In this document: piece after piece, positions 43,100-54,724 of the stretch
Numbering within the stretch: the stretch's first letter is position 1
How the letters are laid out: each line of letters starts with the position of its first letter
NCBI GenBank assembly: GCA_963706025.1
Contig: CAVPLM010000005.1
Location: forward strand, 640,001 to 704,000
DNA length: 64,000 bases
From: an uncultured Actinomycetes bacterium
Lineage (GTDB): Bacteria; Actinomycetota; Thermoleophilia; RBG-16-64-13
Direction of reading: 5' to 3'
Made by a program: the position numbers and the translations under genes
The notes under the pieces: generated by a model
Database searches by the model: none
What the model saw: only the letters and a program-made list of their open reading frames with translations
Told to the model about the DNA's origin: nothing

Positions 43100-44687
43100 T
43101 CACGAGCTGACCCGAGTTCCACCGTGGCCTGCCGCAGCAGCTTGGTGCCTGCCTCGCCTAGGATCTTGGGAGCCTTCGAGTTCACGTTCGTCTTCATCTC
43201 TTCGATGACCTTGGTCTCGGCCTCCAGGAATGCGGCCAAGTGCTTGTACGCGTCCTCGGAGCCGGCAGGGGCCTTCATCCCGGCGGCGCGTTCTGTGGCC
43301 GCCTCAATGGTCGTCTGCCGCCCAGGCGAAGTCGTCCTTGTCGGTCTGCGACCAGTCCGGGTAGCGCAAGACGCGTGGAGGAGATCTTGGCGTGGGCCGG
43401 GCTGAGGTTCCTCGACCATCATGACGTCCAGCTCGGTCTTGGTGGCCGGGACGGTGGTGGTCGTCGTAGAGGACGCGACAGAGCGTCGGGCCTGTTGTGC
43501 CGGCCGGCTGGAGCTCGGTCCAGGTGTTGGCGGCAGGGTCGTAGGCCCAGGTATCGTCGAGGTACGGCGGCGTCCGGCGTTCCCGAGGGACAGGATCATC
43601 CTCTTGCCGTCCGGATCGTAGACCATCGCAGCAGCCGAACCGCGCGGAAGGCAGGCTGCCGGCAGGCTTGAGCTCCGTCCAGCTGTTGGCGGCCAGGATC
43701 GTAGGCCCAGGTATCGTTGAGATAGGCGCTCATTGGATCTTCCGGAGCCCCCGTGATGCCTCCAAAGAGAAACATCCTGCCGCTTGCTGGATCGTACGCC
43801 GCGCAGTTTGCGACACGCGCAAGAGGGCCCGCTGCCCGCAGGAGGGAGTTCGGTCCAGGTGTTGGCGGCAGGGTCGTAGGCCCAGGTGTCGTCGTAGGAC
43901 TCGCCCGTACCTCCGACCCTCCAAAGAGAATCATCTGGCCAGTGGCCGGATCGTAGACCATGGGAGTGGCCGTTGCGCGCGGACGGCACGCTGCCGGCGG
44001 GCTTGAGTTCGGTCCAGGTGTTGGCGGCGGGGTCGTAGGCCCAGGTGTCGTTGACGCTGGTGCTCGTGATCGGCGTCCGAGCGCCTCCGAAGAGGATCAC
44101 CTTGTCGGTGCCCGGGTCGTAGACCATGGCGTGGGCAACGCGCGCAGACGGCAGCGCTGCCGGCGGGCTTGAGCTCCGTCCAGGTATTGGCGGCAGGGTC
44201 GTAGGCCCAGGTGTCGTTGAAGTAGGTGCGGGGATCGAAAATGTCTGCAGCCCCTCCGAACATGAGCATCCTACCGATCGGCGACGTCGTAGACCATGCG
44301 AGGAAAGGCGCGGTGCCGAGGGCACGGTCCCGGTAGGATCGAGTTTGGTCCAGCTGCAGGCGGCAGGGTCGTAGGCCCAGGTGTTGTCTTTCGCACCGCG
44401 AGGAGTCCATTGGCCTCCGAAGAGGATTACCTTTGCGCTGGCCGGGTCGTACACCATGGCAGAGGGCCATCGCGATGGCAGGAGGCGGCGGCCGCGGTGG
44501 TCAACCGTGTGGCCGTGGTCACCGGCTTGGGTCGTGGATGGTCACGGGGCTCAGCTGAGTGGTGGTCACGGCCTGGGTGGTGGTTGTCTCTTCGCCGCCA
44601 CAGGCTGACGCAACGAGTGTGATGGCGAGCAGCACGAATAGAGTGAGAGCGACCAGAAGCACAAGGAGCGGTCTTCTCGGCTTTCAT
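43100..44687 (-). CDS. Kelch-repeat lipoprotein (multiple frameshifts)
   Basis: About six repeats of MVYDP....ILFGG....NDTWAYDPAANTWTEL.P.G; lipoprotein signal ASACGG after indel correction. End approximate. Confidence 0.8.
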
Positions 44688-44853
44688 AGGACGCGCACCT
44701 CCTCCTCGGGCAGGATCGGTGTCCGTACGGAGCGATGCGCGGGCGATGACGCTCGTGCGAGGCCCCGTCTTCACGGCCTCCCCGAGCTATAAATGGGGAC
44801 AGTCACTTGGTCCCCGTATAGATTCAGTATAGGCCGGTTCGACCCTGAGTCAA
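44688..44853 (-). promoter_or_regulatory. Repeated promoter + leader module, copy 2
   Basis: TTGACT-16-TATACT; near-identical to copy 1. Confidence 0.85.
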
Positions 44854-44983
44854 CGAGGAATAGGAGCCCCCGTGGCCGAGCTTGGAACCGGGGGATAAGA
44901 ACGGAGGCCCTGAAGGACCTCCGTCGTTCCGAAGCGACACCACGTCTGATTACTGACCTGCGGACCCTCCGCTAGGCGTTCTC

Positions 44984-45280
44984 TCACAGGACAATCAGGC
45001 GACGGTTGACAGGATCAAAGGCCAGCCTTGTAATCATTGATGAAGGCCCCGAAGGGTATCCCGAGGTCATGACAATAATGGGCGTAGAAAGGAGCATGTG
45101 CTCGCCAAGGTTTCGCCACACACCCGTTTCTCCCGGTATCTCGCCCGGAAGCAGCGCGTTCGTGGATTTCATCATCTGGCCCCAGGCATTCGGAGGATGC
45201 GACGCCCCGGCCAGGGCTGGCACAGACAACGCCAGGAGCAGGACGCCAGTAATGATGAGGACAGCCAGTAACTTGCGCAT
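44984..45280 (-). CDS. Small secreted hypothetical protein
   Basis: MRKLLAVLII...PALA signal peptide directly after the leader RBS. Confidence 0.65.
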   Translation of the reverse strand: MRKLLAVLIITGVLLLALSVPALAGASHPPNAWGQMMKSTNALLPGEIPGETGVWRNLGEHMLLSTPIIVMTSGYPSGPSSMITRLAFDPVNRRLIVL

Positions 45281-45445
45281 GCGAACGCACCTCCTCCTCG
45301 GGCAGGCTCGGTGTCCGTACGGAGCGATGCGCGGGCGATGAGGCTCGTGCAAGGCCCCGTTCCGGCGGCCTGTCCGAGCTATAAATGGGGAGAGTCACTT
45401 ACTCCCCGTATAGATTCAGTATAGGCCGGTTCTTCTGAGCGTCAA
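45281..45445 (-). promoter_or_regulatory. Repeated promoter + leader module, copy 3 (diverged)
   Basis: TTGACG-16-TATACT; compensatory change in the first hairpin. Confidence 0.83.
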
Positions 45446-45537
45446 TCGAACGAATCTCGATAAGACGGGGTTGCAGGGGACGACCATTCTGCTGCGTAGC
45501 ACGTTTGCGTCCGTCCCAAGTCCCGTTGACTGCTGTC

Positions 45538-45691
<154 letters not shown>

Positions 45692-45981
45692 GGCTCTCGT
45701 CGTAGGTCCGGTGCGGGGTATCGAGTGTGCATAGATACCGTTCTGTGCGGCGGGAATACCGCTTTGGTGGTGTCCTGTCCGGTGAGCACCGGGGAGTCTG
45801 CCACCAAGATGGCACCAAGATCGGGCGGCAGGGCTCATACGAGGGGAATGGCGGCATAGAGCGGGTAGTGGATGCCAATGGCACTGAACTGGGCCCGGCG
45901 GAGGAAATGTGTGCCCACGAACAAATGGCAGCTGGCCGAGCTCCGGCCACTGGGTCGGACGAGACCGTATGTATGGGATGG

Positions 45982-46653
45982 CTAACGCCAGTTGATGCGC
46001 ACCTGCTTAGACCAGGGGACGATCAGCCAAATCAGGACCGGGGTATCGTCTTCCTTGATATTGAAGCGAACAATCCCGCGCGCGCTCTGCCCCGAAGACA
46101 GCGTTCCACTCCCCAGATCCGATAGTCCAACTCCTGACGGTTCTGTGCTTACGCCTGTCCCCCCACTGCTGCTCGCCTCCAAACTGAAGTCGTCGGGCGA
46201 ATAGGAGATGGCGGTTTCGCCTGCGTTTACGATGGTTACCATGCTGTAGACGACGGCAGATCCCGGGTGTGGTGACTGCGCATCAGAATCGATCACCGGG
46301 GCCTCCACGGTTACAGTTCCACCCCCCACGGTTGTAGTCTCACCCCACTTCAATTCTTCCGTCTGGAGAGTCGTCACCGCGCCTGTTTCCGAGGAGGGTG
46401 TCGAAACTGTCGTCTGCGCCTGACCAGAGGTCGTGGATACCTCAGTCTGCGTAGCTGTGGTTACCGTCAACTCGACACTCGAAGTCGACGCCTGCCCGGA
46501 GTCCTGCGTTGTGCCGCAACCCCACGTGGCTAGCCCAGCCATAAGAAGCACGACCGAACATGTTGCAGCGACTCTGGTTCTGAGGGGTTGCCGGGCTGGC
46601 CTCGTCGTCATTTCGGCCCTACGAGGAAGGCCCTCAGAAGTGTCGATACGCAA
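45982..46653 (-). CDS. Lipoprotein with DUF4352-like Ig-fold domain
   Basis: Lipobox-like TWGC, S/T-rich linker, VTIVNAG...YSPDDFSL...GTLSSGQSARGIVRF. Confidence 0.68.
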   Translation of the reverse strand: MRIDTSEGLPRRAEMTTRPARQPLRTRVAATCSVVLLMAGLATWGCGTTQDSGQASTSSVELTVTTATQTEVSTTSGQAQTTVSTPSSETGAVTTLQTEELKWGETTTVGGGTVTVEAPVIDSDAQSPHPGSAVVYSMVTIVNAGETAISYSPDDFSLEASSSGGTGVSTEPSGVGLSDLGSGTLSSGQSARGIVRFNIKEDDTPVLIWLIVPWSKQVRINWR

Positions 46654-47140
46654 GTCTGCCTCCTCTTGTCTTCAAGCCATGTCAGCGGCCGCGAGAAACG
46701 CCAGAAGGTCTTGGCATCAAGACCTTCTGGCAACGATCTGCCGACGTCTTGCTCATCAGACTCCCTGATTGATGCCCTAGCACCTGATGCCGCCCACCCG
46801 TATGGCAGCGTTGTCGTCTGGGCGCTCAGTATACGGTGTGGACGTGGAAGCTAGCATCGACCGTGTGCCAACGAACACCCGGGTCTATATCGTGGGTAAA
46901 TGAAGCAATCCCGTGGCCATCGCCGTAGCCACGAGCACGAATATTGGTGAAGATATGATCTCCCGTACCCTGCTGCACGAAACCGAATCGGCCGGTAGCA
47001 GGAACATTCGCGGCTGGGACGCCGCCGATAGTACAGGTCGGCCCCGAGTACGTATGCCAGACACCCCCCGTTCCAAACGGGTCGTTATAGACACTCATGC
47101 CGGCCCAGTAGTTAGCGGCGGTCACGTAGCCTCCCGAGTT

Positions 47141-47221
<81 letters not shown>

Positions 47222-47244
47222 CATGTCCAGACTATACTTGCGCC

Positions 47245-47820
47245 ATGCAGGTGAAGCAGCCACAACTCGAAACGCGTCGCTGCATTCTTCGAGATGCGGA
47301 CGCCAACGATCTCGATGTCGTGGTCTCCGCCGTGAGCTCACCGTTGTTCCCTCAGCGGCTTCCGCTGGCCGAGATGGAGAAGTCCGGGCAACTCTTGCAC
47401 TGGCTTGAGCAAATGTCCTCCCGCTCAGCCAGCGGGTCGGCATTCTGCTGGTCCATCGATCTGAAAGAAGCCACGCGCTGCATCGGCCAGGTTTCTCTTT
47501 CGGCAAGGCGTGACTCGACCGCCTGGAACATCGCATTCTGGCTGCACCCGCTCTACTGGGGCCGTGGTCTTGCCCTCGAGACGGTATCGAGTGTGATTGA
47601 GGTCGCCTTTCAGTCGTTAGATATTCCAGAGCTGTGGGCGGGTGTTGCGCTCTGGAATGATCGGTCCATCGCCACGCTGGAACGCCTCGGCTTCCATTTC
47701 AGTGGAGATAGTCCTGCCGGCTACTTCCTGGGCGGCATTGCCGAGCCGGTTCACGAATATCGACTAACACGACAACACTGGCAAGACCAGCGATCTTCCA
47801 CATCAGACACGTCGAGGTGA
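47245..47820 (+). CDS. GNAT acetyltransferase (RimJ/RimL-like)
   Basis: LETRRCILR, IAFWLHP.YWGRGLALE and NDRSIATLERLGF. Confidence 0.85.
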   Translation: MQVKQPQLETRRCILRDADANDLDVVVSAVSSPLFPQRLPLAEMEKSGQLLHWLEQMSSRSASGSAFCWSIDLKEATRCIGQVSLSARRDSTAWNIAFWLHPLYWGRGLALETVSSVIEVAFQSLDIPELWAGVALWNDRSIATLERLGFHFSGDSPAGYFLGGIAEPVHEYRLTRQHWQDQRSSTSDTSR

Positions 47821-47986
47821 GGGGAATCCTCGAAAGAGGTATTTGAAGCAGAAACCCTGACTAGTGCGGGGAGGCCGACGCGTGGAGGATCGGCGACCTC
47901 GTGACCGGCACTCCCGCATGAGTGCGGTGGCGGCGCCCTGGTGCATCCGGTGTCGCCTCGTACGCCCAGGCATATTCTGTGGTGTC

Positions 47987-48115
<129 letters not shown>

Positions 48116-48124
48116 GATACACAC

Positions 48125-49277
48125 GGTCGTCGACCCTACCGGCCCTGCCAGATCACCTTGCCGGTCTATCGAGGTAGGTCGGCGAGATGGAGCCGTCGGC
48201 GGTCATGGGATCGAAGCGAGCGAGACCGCCCGGAGAACGGATAGATAGCCTGGGCTTCACGCTCCATGGGGATGACGAAGGCGCCGGTCTTGTCGATGTA
48301 GCCAAAGAGACCGGAGTTCGTCCCCACCGCCGCCAGCCCTTCGGAGAACTCCGCGGCCCACTCGAACTGCGGCTTGATGACCACTGTCCCCGTCTTGTCA
48401 ATGTAGCCATATCTGCGGCATCGTCTTGCACAGACCGCCACCACCGCCAGACCCTCGGAGAAGGGATCGGCCCCGTCGAACTGCGGTTCGATGACAAAGG
48501 CCCCGGTCTTGTCGATGTAGCCCCATCTTGCGGCATCGTTGTTTGCCGGGAACCCCACCGCCGCCAGTCCTTCGGAGAAGCCCCGAATCGCAATCGAACT
48601 GCGGCTCGATGAGCCATGGCGCCGGTCATGTCCATGTAGCCCCACTTCACGGCATCGTTTTCCCCGAACCCCACCGCCGCCAGCCCTTCGGAGAAGCTCG
48701 TAGACCACTCGAACGGCCCGATCACCACGGTGCCCGTCTTGTCGATGTACTCGTTTTGCAGCTTGCCGCCCTTCAGCCGTTCATCGACCGTCACCGCACA
48801 CAGACCTTCCGAGAACGCACCGGGGCTGCTCGTACTGCGTCGGGATGACGACGGTGCCGGTCTTGTCGATGAAGCCCCAGAGATAGTTGTCGCCGACCAC
48901 CGCCGCCAGCCCCTCTGAGAAGGGATTGGCGATGTCGAACTGCGGCTCGATGACCATGGTGCCGGTCATATCGATGTAGCCGAACTTCTCCCCAACGGAT
49001 ACAGGAGCGAGGCCCTCAGAGAATTGGGAATAGGGCCAGTCGACGAACTGGGGCGGGATGACCATCTCGCCCTGCGCTGTTGATGTACCCCAGCTTGCCG
49101 TCGACCACGACGGGGTACAGTTGCGCGGTCTCGGTGGCGAGTGAGGTCTCGGTGCTGACGGCTGTCTCGGTGGTGATAGTGGTTTCAGCGGTGACTGCCG
49201 AGCCGCACCCCGCTACGACGAGAAGGCAGGTGCAAGAGAAGAGCAATCGTAACGGCCATCAGTCTGGGCACGGTCAT
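48125..49277 (-). CDS. WG-repeat lipoprotein (multiple frameshifts)
   Basis: Lipobox VAGC; repeated FSEGLAAV....WGYIDKTG..VIEPQF. Confidence 0.83.
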
Positions 49278-49454
49278 GGATTCCCCCATGGTTCGCGTGC
49301 GCGACGGCTTCATGATAAGGCATTAGCCGTGAAGGATGCGAAGCTCCCAGCGGCCGAGCTTGATACCGCAGAGACATCCCGCGGACACCAACAGGGGATC
49401 AGGTCGCTATATCGTTCAGTTTTGCCCCGTCCGTTTCGTCCGTTGGTTGCCGTT

Positions 49455-49593
49455 GAGTTTGCCACCGACTTGCCCCCGAACTCGCCCGAAAGACGCGAAA
49501 ACCCGGTCTCGTCGACCGGGTCGACGCTGCCGTTCTTGGCCTTCTGAAGCGGAGAGGGGGGATTCGAACCCCCGGTACCGCTTGCGCGGCACA
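49455..49593 (-). repeat. tRNA-Ser 3' fragment (49549-49593) + conserved flank, unit S4
   Basis: About 45 bp tRNA match plus the full flank. Confidence 0.9.
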
Positions 49594-49670
49594 CAACGAC
49601 TCATCTCCCCAGCCGCTCGTATCCTCTCCTGACCCCGGGGGCCGTGGACGGTGACGCCACCGCAGAAGCA

Positions 49671-49695
49671 AAGGAGCCCCAGTTCGGGGCTCCTT
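49671..49695. terminator. Hairpin, probable terminator of the MBL gene
   Basis: AAGGAGCCCC-AGTTC-GGGGCTCCTT perfect inverted repeat. Confidence 0.65.
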
Positions 49696-49752
49696 CAGGA
49701 TTGGTAGTGGGCCGTCGTGGCCGGCCCGATAATCCTCGCGGCCGCCGGGTGG

Positions 49753-50898
49753 TCACTCAAGTGGAATACGTGCCTCGGCCCACCAAGCGGGCGGAGTCGG
49801 CAGCACGGGAACGAAGGCCACGCGCTGTTCCCCCGGAATCGGGGGCAGCTGGTCCATGACCTGAGCCTGACGCGCGACTACGGCTTCCTTGGTCACATTG
49901 AACACCGTCAGGTCCTGAGTTTGGACAACGGGACCGCCATAGACGGTGCCGAGCTCGGCGAAGATCATCTGAATGACCTGGGGCGAAAGCAGGGTGTGCC
50001 ACAGGCCCGCCACGCGCGGCTTCACCAGGCTGAACACCTTGCCTGCAGCCGTCGGCGAGGTGTGCGCGGCGTTAAGCGCTATCGTCGCGCGCTCGATCGA
50101 GAGACCCGAAGCGGCCGCGAGAGCCGCGGCAGGCGGGAAACACTCGTGGATGAGCAGGTCGAGGCCACCCTCGTTGGCGCGCACCAGCGGCCAAGCCGCG
50201 CACGTGTCGCCCGAGTAGGAAAACGACAGCCCCGCGAAGTCGACTCGGTAGCCGACGGCGCCGCTCAGAGAGTGGACGACCGGAAAGGACGTCACTCTGA
50301 CGCCGTTCTCCTCGTACACGACCCCGGTCTGGCTCCAGTCGAATTCGTGCGCCACGATCCTCATGCTGTCCTCGTTGATCGGGCCGCGCCCCGCTTCACT
50401 GTCCCAGGCGAGCGCCATCTCGATTCCCTGGCAGAAGTGCCGGGTGCCGAGACGAGGCTCGGTGCCGCTGGGACCCCACACCTTGACCGGGCCGTCCGCC
50501 CGTCCCACCTTCGCGTAGCTTCCGGAGAGCGTGAGTAGATCGGCGGTATGGTCGGCGTGAAGGTGGGTCAAGAAGACCTTATCGAGCTTGTTGACCGGCA
50601 ACTTCAGGCTCGCGTAGTTGGCGAGGGAACCGCTTCCCAGATCGAAGACGAGCACGTCCCTCTCCGGATTCCCGACCTCGACCAGGATGCTCGCCGAGGC
50701 CTGGGCGCGCGTCACCCACGGATTGCCACTGCCGAGCACCGTCACGCGCAGCTCGCCATCCTCCAGCGGCTCATCACCGGGGACGAACGTCTCGGCGTAC
50801 TCTCGTCGCGGCGCACCGACGATCGGCGTTGTGGTGATGGCCTTCGTCCCACCGGCGAACGTCGGCGGGGGTAGAGGCATTGAATCGCTACTTGTCAT
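49753..50898 (-). CDS. Metallo-beta-lactamase-fold hydrolase (RNase Z/AtsA-like)
   Basis: LGSG.P, FDLGSG, FLTHLHADH, YSGDT, LLIHEC and AHT. Confidence 0.88.
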   Translation of the reverse strand: MTSSDSMPLPPPTFAGGTKAITTTPIVGAPRREYAETFVPGDEPLEDGELRVTVLGSGNPWVTRAQASASILVEVGNPERDVLVFDLGSGSLANYASLKLPVNKLDKVFLTHLHADHTADLLTLSGSYAKVGRADGPVKVWGPSGTEPRLGTRHFCQGIEMALAWDSEAGRGPINEDSMRIVAHEFDWSQTGVVYEENGVRVTSFPVVHSLSGAVGYRVDFAGLSFSYSGDTCAAWPLVRANEGGLDLLIHECFPPAAALAAASGLSIERATIALNAAHTSPTAAGKVFSLVKPRVAGLWHTLLSPQVIQMIFAELGTVYGGPVVQTQDLTVFNVTKEAVVARQAQVMDQLPPIPGEQRVAFVPVLPTPPAWWAEARIPLE

Positions 50899-51035
50899 CT
50901 CGGATTCCTCCCGCTTCAGAGTGCCAGCTCAACTCAATCTAACACGAAAGGCCTAATGTGAACGCGGGCTCAGCCGGTCTGTCATCTGGTGCCGTCGCTT
51001 CTGTCCTGGTCCGTTTTCGGCTGTTTTCGGCTGTT

Positions 51036-51181
<146 letters not shown>

Positions 51182-51273
51182 GTCGTGATCCTCCGGCGCC
51201 GTGAGCTTGCCGGGCCCAATACATTGAACTACCCTGGAGAGGACCGGACCGAAGCAACTCTGGGATAGAGCCC

Positions 51274-52254
51274 ATGAAAGCGATCGTCTTCACCAGATAC
51301 GGAACACCCGATGATCTCGAGCTACGGGAGGTAGACAAACCCGTTCCCAGGGACGATGAGGTTCTGGTGCGAGTCCACGCGGTAGCCATAAACGATTGGG
51401 ACTGGGGGATCCTCCAAGGTATTCCGTTCTTGAACCGCCTGAGATTCGGTCTTCGCAGACCGAAGAAACAGATACTCGGCTCCGACATAGCCGGGCGGAT
51501 CGAAGCAGTCGGCAAGAACGTGGAGCGGTTTCAGCCGGGGGATGAGGTCTTCGGGGATTTAAGCGGCCACTGGGGCGGTTTCGCTGAGTATGTCTGCGCT
51601 CCTCAAAAGGCCTTGGCTCCGAAACCGAGGGGCATGACCTTCGAGGAAGCCGCCGCGATACCTCAGGCGGCACAGCTGGCTGTGCAGAGCCTTCGCGACA
51701 AAGGGCGGATCCAACAAGGACAGAAGCTTCTCATCAATGGGGCGGGCGGGGGCGTAGGTACCTTTGCTATCCAGATCGCGAGATCATATGGGGTTGAAGC
51801 AACTGGCGTAGACAGCTCGGGGAAACTGGACATGCTGCGCGCGATGGGCTTCGACCATGTCCTTGACTATACACAAGAGGATTTCACCAAGAAGGGGCGG
51901 CACTACGATCTGATCCTTGATGTCAAGACAAATCGGTCAATACTCGATTACCTGCGCGTATTGAGTGCTAGTGGCGTCTACGTCACGGTCGGGGGCTCCA
52001 CGGCTCGGGTTACTCAAGCCTTGCTGCTGGGACCGTTGATCTCGCTGGTGAGTAAGAAGCGAGTACGCATTGTTCCCCTGAAGCCGAACAAGGACTTGAG
52101 CTACATGACTGAGCTCTTCGAAGCCGGCACGGTCAAACCGGTGATAGATGGTCGTTACAGGCTGAGTGAAGTCGCTGAAGCCATGCGGTACTTCGGGCAA
52201 GGTAACCACAAGGGCAAGATCGTCATAACTGTGGAAGACGACAATACGGCCTAG
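51274..52254 (+). CDS. NAD(P)-dependent alcohol dehydrogenase / quinone reductase (MDR family)
   Basis: MKAIV...YG.PD.L, LGSDIAG, INGAGGGVGTFAIQIA and GKIVI. Confidence 0.9.
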   Translation: MKAIVFTRYGTPDDLELREVDKPVPRDDEVLVRVHAVAINDWDWGILQGIPFLNRLRFGLRRPKKQILGSDIAGRIEAVGKNVERFQPGDEVFGDLSGHWGGFAEYVCAPQKALAPKPRGMTFEEAAAIPQAAQLAVQSLRDKGRIQQGQKLLINGAGGGVGTFAIQIARSYGVEATGVDSSGKLDMLRAMGFDHVLDYTQEDFTKKGRHYDLILDVKTNRSILDYLRVLSASGVYVTVGGSTARVTQALLLGPLISLVSKKRVRIVPLKPNKDLSYMTELFEAGTVKPVIDGRYRLSEVAEAMRYFGQGNHKGKIVITVEDDNTA

Positions 52255-52431
52255 CGAGACGCCAGCGCCGTGGTTTCGGCTCAGGGTGTCTTCCGGTGCG
52301 TTCCAGTCCATCACAGTCCGTTAGCGGGTGCCAAGTTCGTCACCAGGATGTCACCAAGCGGCCCCTAGAGACGCCAAAACCGGCCTCGCTGACCGGGCTT
52401 CAGAGCAAGAATTACCTGCAAATCACACCAA

Positions 52432-52513
52432 TGCCGGAGGCGGGACTCGAACCCGCACGGGCATAGCCCTACGGTGTTTAAGACCGTTGCGTCTGCCATT
52501 CCGCCACTCCGGC
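52432..52513 (-). tRNA. tRNA-Leu(TAA)
   Basis: Complete cloverleaf GCCGGAG-TGGCGGAATGGCAGACGC-A-ACGGT-CTTAAAC-ACCGT-variable arm-GCGGGTTCGAGTCCCGC-CTCCGGC-A. CCA not encoded. Confidence 0.96.
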
Positions 52514-52569
52514 AACCACGCTAACCCGCCCGTGACTCCCGGAGTCGTGGGCAGGGAGCTTTGCCTACC

Positions 52570-53520
52570 TTAGCACGCCCTGTGGAGAACGAGACCGTCC
52601 AAAAGGTCGCGCTCCGACACCGTCACTTCGTCGTATCCAAGCGTCTCCATAGCCGCCAGGAGGATCACGGTCCCGGCGACGATCACAGGGGCGCGGCCCG
52701 CCTGGACACAGGATAAGGATGCCCGCTCCTCCATCGTCATATCGCTCAGCAGCGCCAGAAGTTCCCGGACCCTCGTAACCGGAAGGATCCTGAGATGGAG
52801 GACTTCAGAGTCGTACTGTTCGAGACCCGCATCCAAACAGGCCAAGGTGGTGACCGTACCGGCTACTCCCACCAGGCGGGGCATCTCAGAGACGTGTGCA
52901 TCCGCGGATCCGTCGATCCGCCCGGCGCTCCGGCCATATTGGGAGCCTAGCGCGTCAATCGCGCGCGCGGCCTCGTCATAGATGCTCTCGATCTCCCGCG
53001 GTCGTTGGCGGGTCCGTGCGAATCCAGCGTTCAGTGGCCCGGCTTGCTCCCAGCTCGAGACTGACGACCTCTTCCAGGACTCCCCCCTGGCCCCGGCTCA
53101 GCTCCGTGCTCCCGCCCCCCACATCGACTACCACCAGATCTCCTTCGAGATCCAGAGATACGCCGGCGTACGCAAGCTCCGCCTCTTCCGGACCCGAAAG
53201 CACCATGGCCCTTACCCCGCCGTCCACGGTCAGTGAGCTGATGAAGTCCGCACCGTCAGCCGCCTCACGAACGGCGCTGGTGCCGGCCACCACGATAGAG
53301 CCTGCTTGATAGCAACGAGCCTTCTGCGCGTAGGTCGCCACGACCGCCGCCGTCCGGCGCCGGGCATCAGGATTCAGCCTGCCGCCGCGTTCCAGGCCCT
53401 CGCCCAACCTCGTCACCTCCGCCTGCCGAGAGATGGTCTCCAGCTTCCCTCCGTGTGCCCGCGCCACCAACAGGCGCACCGAGATCGTGCCGACATCGAT
53501 CGCGGCCCGGATCTCACAAG
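52570..53520 (-). CDS. ppx: Ppx/GppA exopolyphosphatase (frameshifted)
   Basis: AAIDVGTISVRL, TRLGEGL, GTSAVREA, DVGGGSTE and GVAGT.TT. Confidence 0.88.
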
Positions 53521-53522
53521 GG

Positions 53523-54203
53523 TCAAATCGAGCACAGGAGCCGTCCCGGCACCATGTCTCCTCGACGGCCGGGAGAAACCGCGCCCAGATTCGCCGCGGC
53601 CAGTCGAATCGAGGCCGCATCTGCGGCAGGCCTCGAGGCCCCGGTCATACCGGCCACCCCTATCGCACCCGCCACCTCTGCCGGGCCTGCAACCGTTCTC
53701 GCCTCGGCGGAGCCGGGGTTCCCATCCGACTCTTCGCCGAGCCAACCGGACATTACAGCCAGCAAGGCAGCGGCATAAGCGTGTAGGCAGGAAGCCCTTT
53801 CGGGCCCCGATGGTCCCCCGATCCCGGCGTCGAGACGGATTTGCGGAGACTGCTCCCGTGCCAAGAATGCCCGGCGTTCCCGATACCGTCGTGTGATCTG
53901 CTCCAAGGCCCGGCCGGCCTCCGGATCCGTGCCCACCCATTCTCGGAACGCCTTCACCGCCCCGGTCGCTTCTGCTCTGCTCACGGCGGTGACCATCGTC
54001 GGACAGGTGAGATAGAGAAGCGTGGGGTTCGGCGCTTCGGCGAGCACCGGTGCGGTCTCAATGACCGCCGGATAACCGAATGGACACCTTGCTGCTATGC
54101 CGGTGAGATCACGCGGAGGGCGGCCGAGTTGGCCCGCGACCACCGCCAGATCACCCGGGGTGATACGCCCGCCGACGTTACTCAGGCTCGGCCCGAGACT
54201 CAC
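53523..54203 (-). CDS. DUF501 family protein
   Basis: QLGR.PR, RCPFGYP, PTLLYLTCP, GIGG and CLHA; eno-divIC-DUF501-ppx synteny. Confidence 0.88.
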   Translation of the reverse strand: MSLGPSLSNVGGRITPGDLAVVAGQLGRPPRDLTGIAARCPFGYPAVIETAPVLAEAPNPTLLYLTCPTMVTAVSRAEATGAVKAFREWVGTDPEAGRALEQITRRYRERRAFLAREQSPQIRLDAGIGGPSGPERASCLHAYAAALLAVMSGWLGEESDGNPGSAEARTVAGPAEVAGAIGVAGMTGASRPAADAASIRLAAANLGAVSPGRRGDMVPGRLLCSI

Positions 54204-54691
54204 TAGGACGCGTCGGCGACGCCCTCGGCTTGGGTGTCGTCTCCGACGGCGGTGTCTGTCCCGACCGGGGCACCGGTCGCCGCCGCGCCGCCGATCGCCG
54301 CCGAATCAGCGCCGGGGCTTAGACCGGCGCTCGCCGCCGGTGCCGTCGTGCCGGTGGTCGACATGACCGTCGTCGAGGACGAAGTGGTCACTGCGGTAGT
54401 CGTCGAGCCAGAAGTGCCCGAAGTGGATGCCGGCACGGTGATCGGTAGGAGACTGAAGGGCGGAGAGTCACCCTGGCCGTCCTCGCCGCGGACCGAAGCC
54501 CCAACCGTCGCCCCGATAACCGCGATGACCAGAGCAACCAGTACCAGCACTACCACGGCCACGGTCCGCGATCGGCGATCCCTTCGAGGACGCGAACGGT
54601 CCGAACGCGGACGGGAAGCCCCGAGACCGTCCGGTCCGCCCTGGGCGCCTTGCTCACGGCGAAGCCCGTTGTCGCTTCCGTTGGGCGTCAT
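54203..54691 (-). CDS. Single-TM protein with S/T-rich tail
   Basis: Operonic position, TM helix. Confidence 0.55.
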   Translation of the reverse strand: MTPNGSDNGLRREQGAQGGPDGLGASRPRSDRSRPRRDRRSRTVAVVVLVLVALVIAVIGATVGASVRGEDGQGDSPPFSLLPITVPASTSGTSGSTTTAVTTSSSTTVMSTTGTTAPAASAGLSPGADSAAIGGAAATGAPVGTDTAVGDDTQAEGVADAS

Positions 54692-54724
54692 CGGGGCTCC
54701 AGCATGGCGGGGCTGTCCCGCATG

